64,000 bases of DNA from contig OZ336889.1 in the NCBI GenBank assembly GCA_965287045.1, forward strand, positions 32,426,001 to 32,490,000, read 5' to 3'. The notes beneath the pieces were generated by a model. The model was not told where the DNA came from. It made no database searches and saw only the letters and a program-made list of their open reading frames with translations. Each line of letters begins with the position of its first letter. Position 1 is the first letter of the stretch. Both the position numbers and the translations under genes were made by a program. The DNA is from Carcharhinus amblyrhynchos (Eukaryota). Below are positions 50,410 through 62,045 of this stretch, piece by piece.

Positions 50410-50592
50410 TTGGTTAGCTCAATTAACTAGATGGCCAGTGACTGGTTCAAAGTTACATCAACAGTGTGGATTTGATTCCCCATGCAGCTGAGGTAGATTG
50501 GGGCCTACTTCCTTGCTCTGCCCTGGATGGCAAAGGCAAACCATCAGAGACAAAATCTGCCAGGAAAATGGCTTAGAATGATGCATCAACAG
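50410..50592 (+). mobile_element. tRNA-headed SINE with RTE-like tail
   Basis: Head resembles the 4750 element (gttagctca...ctagatggc...aacagtgtggatttgattcc). Tail 'ggcaaaccatcagagacaaaatctgccagg'. Confidence 0.45.
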
Positions 50593-50996
50593 ACAATGGG
50601 TGAGATTCTCCAGCCATTCATGCCAGTAGGATTTTCCCATTCCATTGCAGTGAATGAAGCCTTGGCTGAGCGCCAAATTCTCTATCCTCTCTGTCAGTGG
50701 CGGCAGGGTGCGAAAGGCTAGACAATTCGGCCAATGAGCCAAGGGCATGCCTTTGAGCAGAATATACATGAAAGAATAAATGAATGAATGAATTAATTAA
50801 TGAAAGCAGCAAACAGCACCAAAATGGCAATATGAAATCTCAATATGTTGCGCACAAACATTTTCTTCAACAGAATAAATCATGAGATATTTATCTTCCT
50901 CTTTTCCATTCTAACTAAAGTGCCTCTTAGTTTAGATTTTGTTTGTGCTTTCTTCATTTGTAAAACTTAGGTACAGCAATATATTAATGAAATAGA

Positions 50997-51345
50997 TATA
51001 GAATCATAGAATCCCTACAGTGCAGGAGAAGCCATTCAGCCCATTGAGGCTACACTGACTTTCTGACAGTGCATCCTACCCAGCCCCCTCCCGCTCTATC
51101 CCCGTAACCCCACACATTTCCAACGGTTAATCCGTCTAACCTACACATCTTGGGACACTACAGGGCAATTTAGCATGGCCAATCCACCTAACCTGCACAT
51201 CTTTGAACTGTGTGAAGAAACCAGAGCACCCAGACAAAACCTATGCAGACAAGGGGAGAACATGCAAACTCCACATAGACAGTCACCCAAAGCTGGTATT
51301 GAACCCTAGAGCTGTGAGTAGCAGTGCTAACCACTGTGCCACCCC
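50997..51345 (-). mobile_element. HE1-like tRNA-derived SINE
   Basis: Reverse complement begins gggtggcacagtggttagcactgct and ends ctgtagggattctatgattcta. Confidence 0.85.
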
Positions 51346-52859
51346 ATATATCTGGTATAATGATTACTAAGAAATAACAAGTGACCATGTGGTGATAATT
51401 CCTTTCCATATCTCTCCAACACACATATACCTTTTGAGCTTCTTACCCCTTCTACATCTGTGTCCATCATCTGCACTTTGATTCGCTTTTGTCTCCATCA
51501 TGGTGTTTTCTAGACCCCATGCACAAGATTTCCCTCCCCTCACTCTCACACACATATTTCTTAAACCTCTTTCAAACACAGAAAAAATATTTTAATTAGT
51601 AAGTTACAAAAGAGAGAATCTGCTTGTGGCAAAAATTAATTGTATTTTCCTTCAAAGAAATTCGAAGAATTAACAAATCAGAAAGTTTTAACAGTTGTTT
51701 CAGGTATTTGAAATTGAGACGGATACAATGTACAGAACGTTTTGTTCTCTTTGAACCTTGTGATCCAACTCACTACCTTGGATTGATATCAATCCCACAA
51801 CTCCATATTTCTGCCACGACCTTTACCCCCATTTCCTTAGAGTCCCCATTTTACCCATTCTGTTCGTGCTTGTGAAACTCTGACTGTTTTGTCTTTGGTT
51901 GTCTGTTCAGAGGTCTCCCTCAACGGCCTCTCTCTCTGTTATTCAAGCTACTGTTCTGCCAATCTTTAATATAGCTGCCTCCCACTTTATCTGAGGTTTT
52001 GTTCCTGTTATATTAAGATTATCTTCCTATTCATACTGAAAAAATCCCTTACCTCCAGGAAGTCAACATTTCTCATGCTACTTGGAAACCTCTCCTTCTC
52101 TGACCGAGAAAATTCTCTGGTCCACCTCTCAAAAATTAATCATCTTGTCCACCAAGGAAATTCTCCTTCCCACTTCATCCCATCAGCCACCTTATTAAAT
52201 GGGAGGGTGCATACCTGGGCGTTACAGTAGTGAGTCCCTTACTTATTAAGATATTGAGTTAAGTTTTGCCTGGGGAGAATTTCTTTTTTTTAACATGTTT
52301 GCCCATTCATGCATTCTGTTCATTTACAGTGGTAGTTTTTCATGGTATCATTTCAGGAATCATTACCACAAGACCACAATTAGGAGCGACACTCAACTCA
52401 AGAAATCAGTGAGAGTTGAACATGACTCATGTGGACTCGATTTCTGGGTGGAGTTTAGGTGGGAGATGTGGAGGACATGGGAAGGTGGTTGATATTAAAA
52501 AAAATACAGGTTCTGACTCTGTGAGAGTATCATAAATTTCCAGCTGTTCCGTAGGAAATTCCATTACAGATGCACACACACATTAGAGAAGGCAAGTTAT
52601 GGCGAGACAGTTTGCTTACCAAACCAAAGATATTTGATCCATGTTCTCTTAGCTTTAACTGAGCAGGTCCAAGCAGCAGAAAATAGTAATTTACATCTTA
52701 AATATACAGTGGGATCTGATTCTGCCAGTATGTTCCATCTGATTTAAAATTTCATTTTTATTTTTTCACTTAGGCCAAAGATAAAGCAGAAAAAAAGCAG
52801 CAGTAAGGATTTGAATCAGCAAATGACATCCAGCGTTCAAAAAGTATCGTACTTTGAGT

Positions 52860-53196
52860 GACAGCTTAGTGGCACAGTGGTTAGCATTACTGTCTCACAG
52901 TACCAGGGACCCAGGTTCAATTCCGGCCCTGGGTAACTATCTGCATGGAGTTTGCACGTTCTCCTGAGTGAGTTCACTCCGAGTGCTCTGGCTTCCTCCC
53001 ACAGTCTGAAGATTAGATGGATTGACCATTCTAAATTTCCCCATAGCTTCCAAAGATGAGTAGGTCAGGTGGATTAGCGGGATAAATATGTAGGGTTATG
53101 GGGATAGGTATTGAGTGGGATGCTTTGACGGAGAATTAGTACAGACTTGATGGGCTGAATGAACACCTTCTGCACTGTAGGGATTCTAGGATTCTG
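52860..53196 (+). mobile_element. HE1-like tRNA-derived SINE, full length
   Basis: A box TGGCACAGTGG (52870), B box GGTTCAATTCC (52914), tail ctgtagggattctaggattct. Confidence 0.85.
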
Positions 53197-53640
53197 AATC
53201 AAACATATGCATATATAATGAATTGGATTGAATTGACAGAAAGAGATTTAGAAGGAGAACTAGTAGTGATCATGCAATCATTCCTTTCAAAGTCTAGACA
53301 ATGTTAGCAATACCATTAAAAAGTGAAACAATTCTGGGATATATGTAGATTGGATTGTAGAACAAACAAATATAACAAATCTGCAATACAAATAAAAACC
53401 ATTTTTATGGTTATCTAAATACATTGCTTTAATTTCCCACTTGATAGTTTCCAAAAAAAGTACCTCATATTATTACATTTAACTTGCAATATTATATATG
53501 TTTTACTGATCTGTACCATTTCCTATCACGACCCTTTAGTATGGTCAATGATTTTTAATTTCTACTGCTTTTCATTGTTGTACCTTGGTCATTTTAAATA
53601 GAATCTTGCCAGGATAAAGCAACTTTGGGGGAGGCGATTA

Positions 53641-53995
53641 GGGAGAGGTGATGCCTAATTGTATTACCACTAGACTATTAATCCAGAAGCTCAGCTAATG
53701 TTCTGGGGGACCTGAGTTCGAATCCCGCCATGGCAGATGGCGCAATTTGAATTTAATAAAAAATATCTGGAATTAAGGATCTACTGATGGCCATGAAAAC
53801 ATTGTCATTTGTCGGAAAAACCCATCTGGTTCACTCCCTTCCTTTAGGGAAAGAAATCTGCTGTCCTTCATGGCCTACATGTGACTCCAGAGCCACAGCA
53901 ATATAGTTGAATCTCAACTGCCTTTGGGCAACTAGGGATGAGCAATAAATGCCGGCCAGCCAGTGACACACATATCCCACGAATGAAAAAGAAAA
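53641..53995 (+). mobile_element. tRNA-derived shark SINE (second family)
   Basis: B box GTTCGAATCC, body 'ctggttcact..agggaaagaaatctgc..gtgactccag', tail 'caataaatgccggccagccagtgacac..atcccacgaatgaaaaa'. Second copy at 60757-61094. Confidence 0.8.
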
Positions 53996-54894
53996 GCTTT
54001 CAACCTACCGTTTTTAGCACTTCAAACTACATTCCATGACATTGGACTCTTAGTGATAGACTTCCAACTCTGATGTGACTACGAATCCCCCACTAACAAG
54101 GAAATTATGTCACACATCATTTGCATTCCATCTCTCACGATAACACATTTTGCTAACATGGGTTTCAAAATATTGCAAAGAAGGTTCTCTCATTCATGCA
54201 TTTTGCACAAAGTCATCTTTGAGTTGTCAGGTTTGAGACATAAAACTAAATAGTAAACTGGAACAATACAGATGGCGCATTATACATATGATCAGGATAC
54301 ATGATGGTTAATGCCACTTCCCACTATGCTTGTGGCTGATAGTTTCATGGCACAGTGATAGCTCACGACAAAGAAACAAAATAGAGAATAATGGATACCT
54401 GGAAATGAGTTAGAGGGCTACAGCGTAATTGAGGAGTTCAGGTGGCATCATCAAATACCTTTGACTCCTTGATCAGAGTACTGAACTCATTCACGTGGAT
54501 TTGTTAGCTTTTAAACATGGCTATATAGGATATTTTCAAAAGTTTCAACGGTGTCAGTCAGCAGCTACATGTCCTCGATAATATCACAATGTCCATGAAA
54601 GACCTGAAATATCATTATTGCAAGCTGATAAACTGTGGCTGATTCCAGGGGATCTCTGTACCCATTATTTATTATGAAATGAGTAATGTGCTTACCTTCG
54701 CAGTGCATTAGACAGTGAGTTGTCTTTGGGCAGGTTGGTGCTTGATGTGTTGAAATCTATTGTACACAGGCTCCCTGCATTATCACAGTTGTAGGCTTGA
54801 GAATCACCATAATCTTTAATGTATTCAGTGTTCTTTATGCAAAGTTCCTTGCCTCAACAGACATCTTCAGATTGGGAACTGTCCACGAAACAAG

Positions 54895-55025
54895 ACTGGA
54901 ATGTTTGTTAGGTAAAGGTGTTAAGGGATGTGGAACAGAGGCAGATAGGTGGAGTTAAGATACAGATCACCCATGATGCAATTGATTGCTGGAGCAGGCT
55001 TGAGGGACTGAATAGCCTAATTCTG
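54895..55025 (+). mobile_element. CR1-type LINE 3' fragment
   Basis: 'aagggatgtggaac..ggtggagttaagatacagatcacccatgat..gctggagcaggcttgagggactgaatagccta'. Confidence 0.6.
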
Positions 55026-55498
55026 GTGACTGAAAAGACCATTTTTGAAATAGCTTATTTTTGGCCTTGATTAACATGATGTGAAATAAGCCCCTAGTTT
55101 AGAACAGAAAAACACACACACACAAAAAAAATTTAGGTTATCAAAAAGTATTCACTGACTGCTGCTGCTCCAACTGCATCACATACTGTGTGCTGGGAGC
55201 ATCAGAAAAAGATTTAAATGAGCTAACCTTGCTTTACAAGGTCTCGTCAGCTCATTCATGGGAAGACAAGTAGAGCAGCTGTACGGTGTCAACTCCAGTG
55301 GCACTGCAAGGGGCTGATACCAACAGCCCAAATATATTTCCAGTTTAATGTGAAACTTCCAGTAGAACATGTAGAATATTCCAGTTTCCACATTGGCCCA
55401 GATAATTAAGCAGTTGAGCTACATATCAGGAACATCCCGGATTTTGTTTCCTATTCTTTTGGAATGGGTTAATCTCAGACGGGATGCCAGTGAGGCAA

Positions 55499-55940
55499 TA
55501 TAAGAACATAAGAACATAAGAAATAGGAGCAGGAGTAGGCCATCTAGCCCTTTGAGCCTGCCCCGCCATTCAATAAGATCATGGCTGATCTGTTGTGGCT
55601 CAGTTCCACTTTCCCGCCCTCTCCCCATAACCCTTAATCCCCTCTCTTATCAAGAACCCATCAACCCGCTTCTTAAAAATATTTAGCGAGGCAGCCTCCA
55701 CCACTTCAACGGGCAGAGAATTCCAGAGATTCACCACCCTTTGAGTGAAGAAGTTCCTCCTCAACTCCGTTCTAAACCGCCTCCCCTTTATCTTGAGGCT
55801 GTGCCCCCTAGTCCTACTGTCTTTTTTGAGCGGGAAGAGTCTCTCCACCTCTATCCTATCCATCCCATTCATCATCTTATACGTCTCAATGAGATCTCCT
55901 CTCATTCTTCTAAACTCTAATGAGTACAAGCCTAGTTTAT
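55499..55940 (-). mobile_element. 5'-truncated CR1/HER1-type LINE with intact ORF2 C-terminus
   Basis: ORF 55600-55929 YSLEFRRMRGDLIETYK...TRGHSLK...FFTQRVVNLWNSLP...KGYGERAGKWN*, with a (TTCTTATG)n tail. Confidence 0.92.
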
Positions 55941-56459
55941 TATAATTGGCATCAGTGCTGGAAATACAAGAGTATAGGCATTAGGTTAGGGCATGGACAG
56001 ACTTTGATTGTTTCCATCTCTCCCTTGACAGCTGCAATCAAAAACTTGCCAACAATTGATGTCTGGGCTCACAGAGAGTAGACAGAGTCCACAGATCTAT
56101 AATCTGGCAATATGGCAATGTCTTCAAGAGAGAAGGGAAAACTGTATGAAGGCAAGACTGTCGGGATGATTTGTATCTCACATTTTCTTATGAAGCCTTG
56201 ACACACATTTTCCTTCCAACAATCCCAATCATTTTCTCTTCTTAATCCTTATTTCCTGAAGATAGTGATTTGTGATGGGTTACAGTCCAATGAAGAATGG
56301 AAGATTGCTGGTATTCTTGACTTAACTAGACAGTTTCATGATTAGCACTGTTCACTATTGACAACAAGTTGCATAATTATAGTTGAGTCAATGGCAGTTG
56401 GAATTTGCAGTTTTCACATTTAGGAGTAATGTTCTGCATGTATCTGCCTTCATCCCTAA

Positions 56460-57045
56460 CTAGCCAGTGTGAAACTCTGTTTCATCTCTTCATTGTCTCA
56501 GGTTCAATCTCTTCAATGATTCCCTTATTGGCCTTCTGAGTTCCAGCCTACTCAAACCCCAACTCATTCTGAACTTTGAAATTCACATTCTATCCCATTT
56601 AAGCCCCTCTTCTCCATATTCCTTTCTTTCCTGGCCTTATTGACTCCCCATTCTCCAAAGAACCCATTTCAAGATTCATTTCCTCATTTACACATTCCTC
56701 TGTGTTCTTCCTCCACCATATCTTTTGTCACGTTCCGTATCCTTACATTCCCATGTGAATTTTCTGTGCCTTTGCTGTGCCTTTCCTAATCATTCTCTCC
56801 CACCTTCACTGTCACAGCATCCAGTCAGAAAGGCGCAATACTCTAGAATTCTCTTTCAGCACACGTCCATCTTGCTTCATTTGTCACAACCTTCAAAAGC
56901 CTCCTCAAAACCCATTTTTTTAAAAACTTGTCTTCATTAATCTCCCCTAACTCTTGTCCTAATTACCGCTCGGCATTTGACATTTTCCTTCCCCATCTTG
57001 TGAAGTGCCTCAACCATTTTAAAGGCACTATATAAATACATATTT
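56460..57045 (+). mobile_element. decayed L2-type LINE 3' end
   Basis: Pyrimidine-rich body ending 'tgtgaagtgcct..ttaaaggcactatataaataca'. Confidence 0.55.
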
Positions 57046-60000
57046 TTTGCTCTGCCATACATTTGTCTGTGTTAAGTTGCTGGCTTTTCATTTTTTCACT
57101 GTTTTCATTTACTTTACGCAAGGCCCAGTTATAAAATATACTAGTTATAAAAGTTCATGACCACACTTCAAAACTATTTAATTGATTGTGAAGCATTTTG
57201 AGATATCAGGTGGTCATGCACAGCATGATATTAATGCAAGTCCTTTTCTCTTTTTTGATCTCAACTGCATCTGTTGTGACAATAACCAGACTGGTTGGGT
57301 TCTTCAGTTTGTAGATTGTATTTTTAAGCTCTTAAACTCTTTAAAACGGTGGTTAGAGATTATAGTATACACAATAAAATATTTCTATTGAAGAATCAGT
57401 ATATGTCTGATGTTTATCACCACTCCAGTTTTGGATACGTTCCTGATAAATGTATCAAACTTAAGATCTATCATTAGATTATGCACATAAGAGGAATAAA
57501 AAGTCTAATTACTGGGAAAAGCCTATTATGAGTACATTGAATCGTACTGTTTGCACTATATGTATTCTTTCAAGGTCCAGAAAAGATTAATTGACTTCAT
57601 ACAGTTTAAAGCGTTTCTTATGATCAATTTAAGAGTTTAATGGTTGTTTAAAGTCTCCATTAACATTTACGGCATATTAACACTACTACTTTGTCCTTTG
57701 GGCGATATGACTTCGACCATTAGTGATCGTTCTCGAGAAAGTGCAGCATGAGCTGCTGAATTAACCTGTTTGTTAACGTCGCCTCTCCAGAAAATTGTAA
57801 TTGCGTTGGCATGGTTTGAAAAAAAACCTCAGACCTCAACGAGCCATAAATATTTAATTTTATTTTTCTAATTTGTCAACACTTTGTGATTGACTTATTG
57901 ACAGGGGTGTTGAAAAGATTGACAGATTGATGGAATTATATATTGATGAAATAATTGATTGTTGCCTGCTTTCAGGGAAAGGAAAAAAAAAGCAAATAGA
58001 GGTTCTGAGTGGAGGTTGGTGAGATGGACACTTTTGATTTGAAACAGCAATTTGGATGCATTGCATGCCTTCAACAACAATAAGCTCAATGGCATAAAAT
58101 TTTATCTCATTTGTGAAGCAATAATTTTAATTATGAAATCTGTTTTAATATGCAGCGAATGACCCCATGGTTTCCCTTTAAATAAAACAATTGGGTTTGC
58201 AATGCATACATACAATAAGGCAATTACTTGCCTTTAATAGAATAGAAATGGAGTTCACAACCAGTGCTAATCAGACAGACGAATGTCCTCTTACAATTTA
58301 ACAAATTTTCTATTAGCAGCAGAATGACTTCCGTGTATCCCCTTAGTTATTTTGTTGATTAGTAAAGCATCCTCATGGCAATTTTCAGACAGATATGTTT
58401 GCACCACTTCCTGCACTTCCGAAAGTCAACGTACGAATGGTATAAAATTCTAACTTGTTGTGGAACATCTTTTGGGGTAAATTTCCCTTTTGATGGAAAG
58501 TGTGAAAATGCCCGTTTCTCTCCATAATGAACAACCCACCTAAACATATGTCGTAATATATAGCTTCGAAACAGGCAAGTTTGGACAATGTAACTTTATG
58601 AATGGGTCATTTGGAGGTCAGATGGGTTATGGTGGTTGAATAACTTAAATTCCATTTTTATTGCGTAGGATTCGGTGAATTGCATTGACGTTTTGTGATT
58701 CTAAAGAGAAAACCTGCAGACTTGCCTATAACATACAAAAGAGCCTGATATTATCATTAGAAATGCTGGCTTATGATGATGGAATAAGTCCAGTTCTTTG
58801 ACTTCAGTTGGCTTTAAGTACCTTTTCCCTATGATTTAGGGATTGCATTTTACAATTTTGTCTTTTCTCAGTGAAAACTAATAACCAGCAGGCAAAGTCA
58901 TTAATTAGTGGAGAAAACAAAACATTGTTTCGGTTCTAAACAAAATAACATCTTTTAAAATTATTTTAATTCTTGGAGTAGTAGGCAGATGTCAAACTTA
59001 CTATTTTTTTAAAATAAAGAAATCTAACAATTTTATATCAAATTTTGTTTACTTACTGATAAATCAAAAGCACATCCTTCTTTTTAAAGAAAGATTTGTA
59101 TTTCCACAGAAGTTAATTGCACATATACATGTTGTTCACCATTTAGCAACTCAATGAATGTTATTCCCTGAAACGCAATAAAGAAACACTTTAATTAAAA
59201 CTGCGACATAGATTTGTTTTTTCCAATAGTCTGAATCTTGTGCTACTTTTCTCCTGAATAGTATTAAAAATGGTGCTTTTCACAACTGTCTTCCAAGTAA
59301 AGGTTGTGCGGGTAATGGAACTCTCTTTCTAACCTTACAGTGAGCTGTTTGTAAACAAGGGAAGTAGTGCTAAAGGAAATTAAGTACCCTCTAATTAAAG
59401 GCTATCATACAATGAGAAAATTATGATATTTGACAATTTAAATAGGGCTGCAACCTCCTACCAAACAAAATTAGGAGAATAAAATAACATGGTGCTACTG
59501 AGTGGAAGACCATCAAACACACAATTTAGTAAATGGGGAGTACAGCTGAATGTAAACAAATAATTAACCCTCCTGACCCCAGAATGTCACTTTACTGTTT
59601 AACTCTGGAATTGGTAGGATAAATTACAGTATTTGAGAATAAAAGCTGTCCTCCTCTTAACACTTTGCATCCTGCACATTATTCCTTCTGTCTACTGGTA
59701 CAATCAGGTTATAAATTGTGTTATATAAGGAAACAAAATGCTTTTGAAATATTCAGGAGCAGTGGTAAACAATACAAAGGGTAACTTGCTGTACATTGAC
59801 TAATTCATTATTAATCAGCCTCAAGAAAATGTCAGAATTTTCACACACTTGCTGCCATTCTTCTCAAAACATCTCATATAATTCTAAAATGGAAACATTA
59901 ATTGCTGACAGAATTTCTGTACCTGCGGGGTATTGCTTTGGCGTGCTATGATGCAGCAGCATTTTGCAAACAGAGGGATGGAGCTTGTTCTCGTTTCACT

Positions 60001-60305
60001 GTCTCAATAAGGCATCCTTCAAAATACACTTGCGTGGCAAAAAGCAACATCTTTAACATTATTACTGACCTTTAAGCCTTCACAAGTCTTTCTTCTGCAC
60101 CTAAACCAAACCAATCATTGCTTGATAATCTTGAAATGAAACACAAGCTTTCTTTCTAGGGAGATATCTGTAGGATATAACTTTCCATTCCTCAATTAAT
60201 TGTTGCGCAATATGCCTTGTGTACATAATTTCTTTGTAACACTGACTATTACAGGAAATGCACTAACGTTTTCAGCTCCTAAAGTAGATCACAGCTTCAG
60301 TCAAT

Positions 60306-62045
60306 GGTCCAGATTTTGCCGGTGAGAGACATCTTGTTGCCTGCCCCATTCATTACATTTTATCCCCGCCCTTCAGCAAAAATGATTTGTAAGTTTCTGG
60401 CGCTAATAGCTGTTTGGCAAAGGGAATTGGGCATTGGGGTCTTTGTGAACAAAAGGATCAACAATCTGTCTCTGTCACCAACAAAATTTAAGGATGGAGA
60501 AAGAAAAAGAACAATAGAGAATGAAATAAGGTGGAGTTAGAATCAAGTTAGGTATAGAATGAGAAATAAAGGGGGGAATTTTAACCTCAAAACGAACAAA
60601 TCTGGATTGAGTGGGAGGTTAAAAGGAACAGAAAATGACTCCCGACTCCAACTTGCCTCCACTCCACCTATTTTTGGTGCTGGGCAACAATCCTCCCCCT
60701 CCCCAAGGAGGCAGGTTGGCAATTTAAATGTTTTAATGAAGCTCTCTGTATCATTCGGGGAAATGATGAGGTAGTGGCAATTGTCACTGGACTAGTGATC
60801 CAGAGGCCCAGGCGAATACTCCAGGGACATGGATTCAAATCTCACCGTTGGCAGCTGGTAAAATGTAAATTCAATTAATAAACAGGATATTCAAGCTGGT
60901 CTCAGCAATAGTGACCATGACAACTTCACCAATTGTCATAAAGACCCAGCTGGTTCATGAAGGAAATCTGCTATATTTACCCAGCCTGGCCTTCCATGTG
61001 ATTTCAGACCCACAGCAACGTGGTTAATTCTTAACTGTGCTCAGTTCAAGGGCTTTGCCAGTGATGCCCACATCCCGTGAAATAATAAATAAAAGATCAT
61101 CATATTCCCTGCACCTTGAGGACGCTGCCAGCTGAAAGAAGGTGAACACTGTTGGACGAGTGCTTTTCCACTTGCCTGTTGGATCCACTGTACCCACCTC
61201 TCCAATTTCCTATGATTGGACACTACTCCATACCCTTCTGATCTCCCACTCTGACCTCTCTCCCAAAGCCACCAACCGCTCCCCCGCCGCTCCCAAGACA
61301 CACACCTAAGAACCTCTTCATCTTTGATCTTTTAGGCCTCACGGCCTGGACACCCAACCCTGACCTCCTCTGTCCCTCCCCTACAATCTGACTCTGCAGT
61401 GCCACCCCAAGATCAGACTGCTTGGTTTGGGAGTTGTACTTACCCGTTCCTGTGACCTCTTCAATGCAAACCTGTCAGTCAGGCTGACATTCAGGCGAGG
61501 AGCCTGTCAATGGCTTCACGTGAATGTTGTCCTGTGGGGAAACTGTGCGGTACTGGAAAGTCCCTGTTCCCAGAGATCAAGAATATAAAACTCATTCCCA
61601 GAGAGAGGGATAGAAAGATTGGATTGAGAGGGAGAAAGGAAAAAATGAGAAAAAATTAACAGATGTAAATTTTCACAATTTTCAATGCTCTATTAACAAT
61701 GCATTACTTGCAGACATGAGTATCCATGATTTAAATTACCCTCTTTCTGTGCAAGAGAGGGTGATTGGGATTGCAGGAGATACACCTCCTCACTAAGAAA
61801 GGTACTTACGCTGTTAATTACTAACCTTGGTATTCTATGGCGGCTTTAATTAGACAAGTAATTTGCAAATGCAACAATTTCCTGAAATGGACAAGAATTG
61901 GAGGACGAGCTGCTGCCTTTGCAAATCGCCCAGCAATTTGTCACAATTTGCAATTCATGGGATTTCTCTTGCGACAAGCTGCTGATCAGTTACACACAGT
62001 GATTGTCACTAAATTCACTGGCATTTTGGTGGCACATTCTGGATC
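60306..62045. mobile_element. old TIR element with nested insertions
   Basis: GGTCCAGATTTTGCC at 60306 vs GGCACATTCTGGATC at 62031-62045 (12/15 inverted match). No TSD visible. Confidence 0.4.
60757..61094 (+). mobile_element. tRNA-derived shark SINE (same family as 53641-53995)
   Basis: Direct similarity throughout. Tail 'gccagtgatgcccacatcccgtgaaataataaa'. Confidence 0.8.

Noticed and set aside
52860-52930. tRNA gene (also 4750, 51290, 53645, 60757)
   Set aside because: A/B boxes are SINE heads followed by SINE bodies, and no intact cloverleaf is seen.
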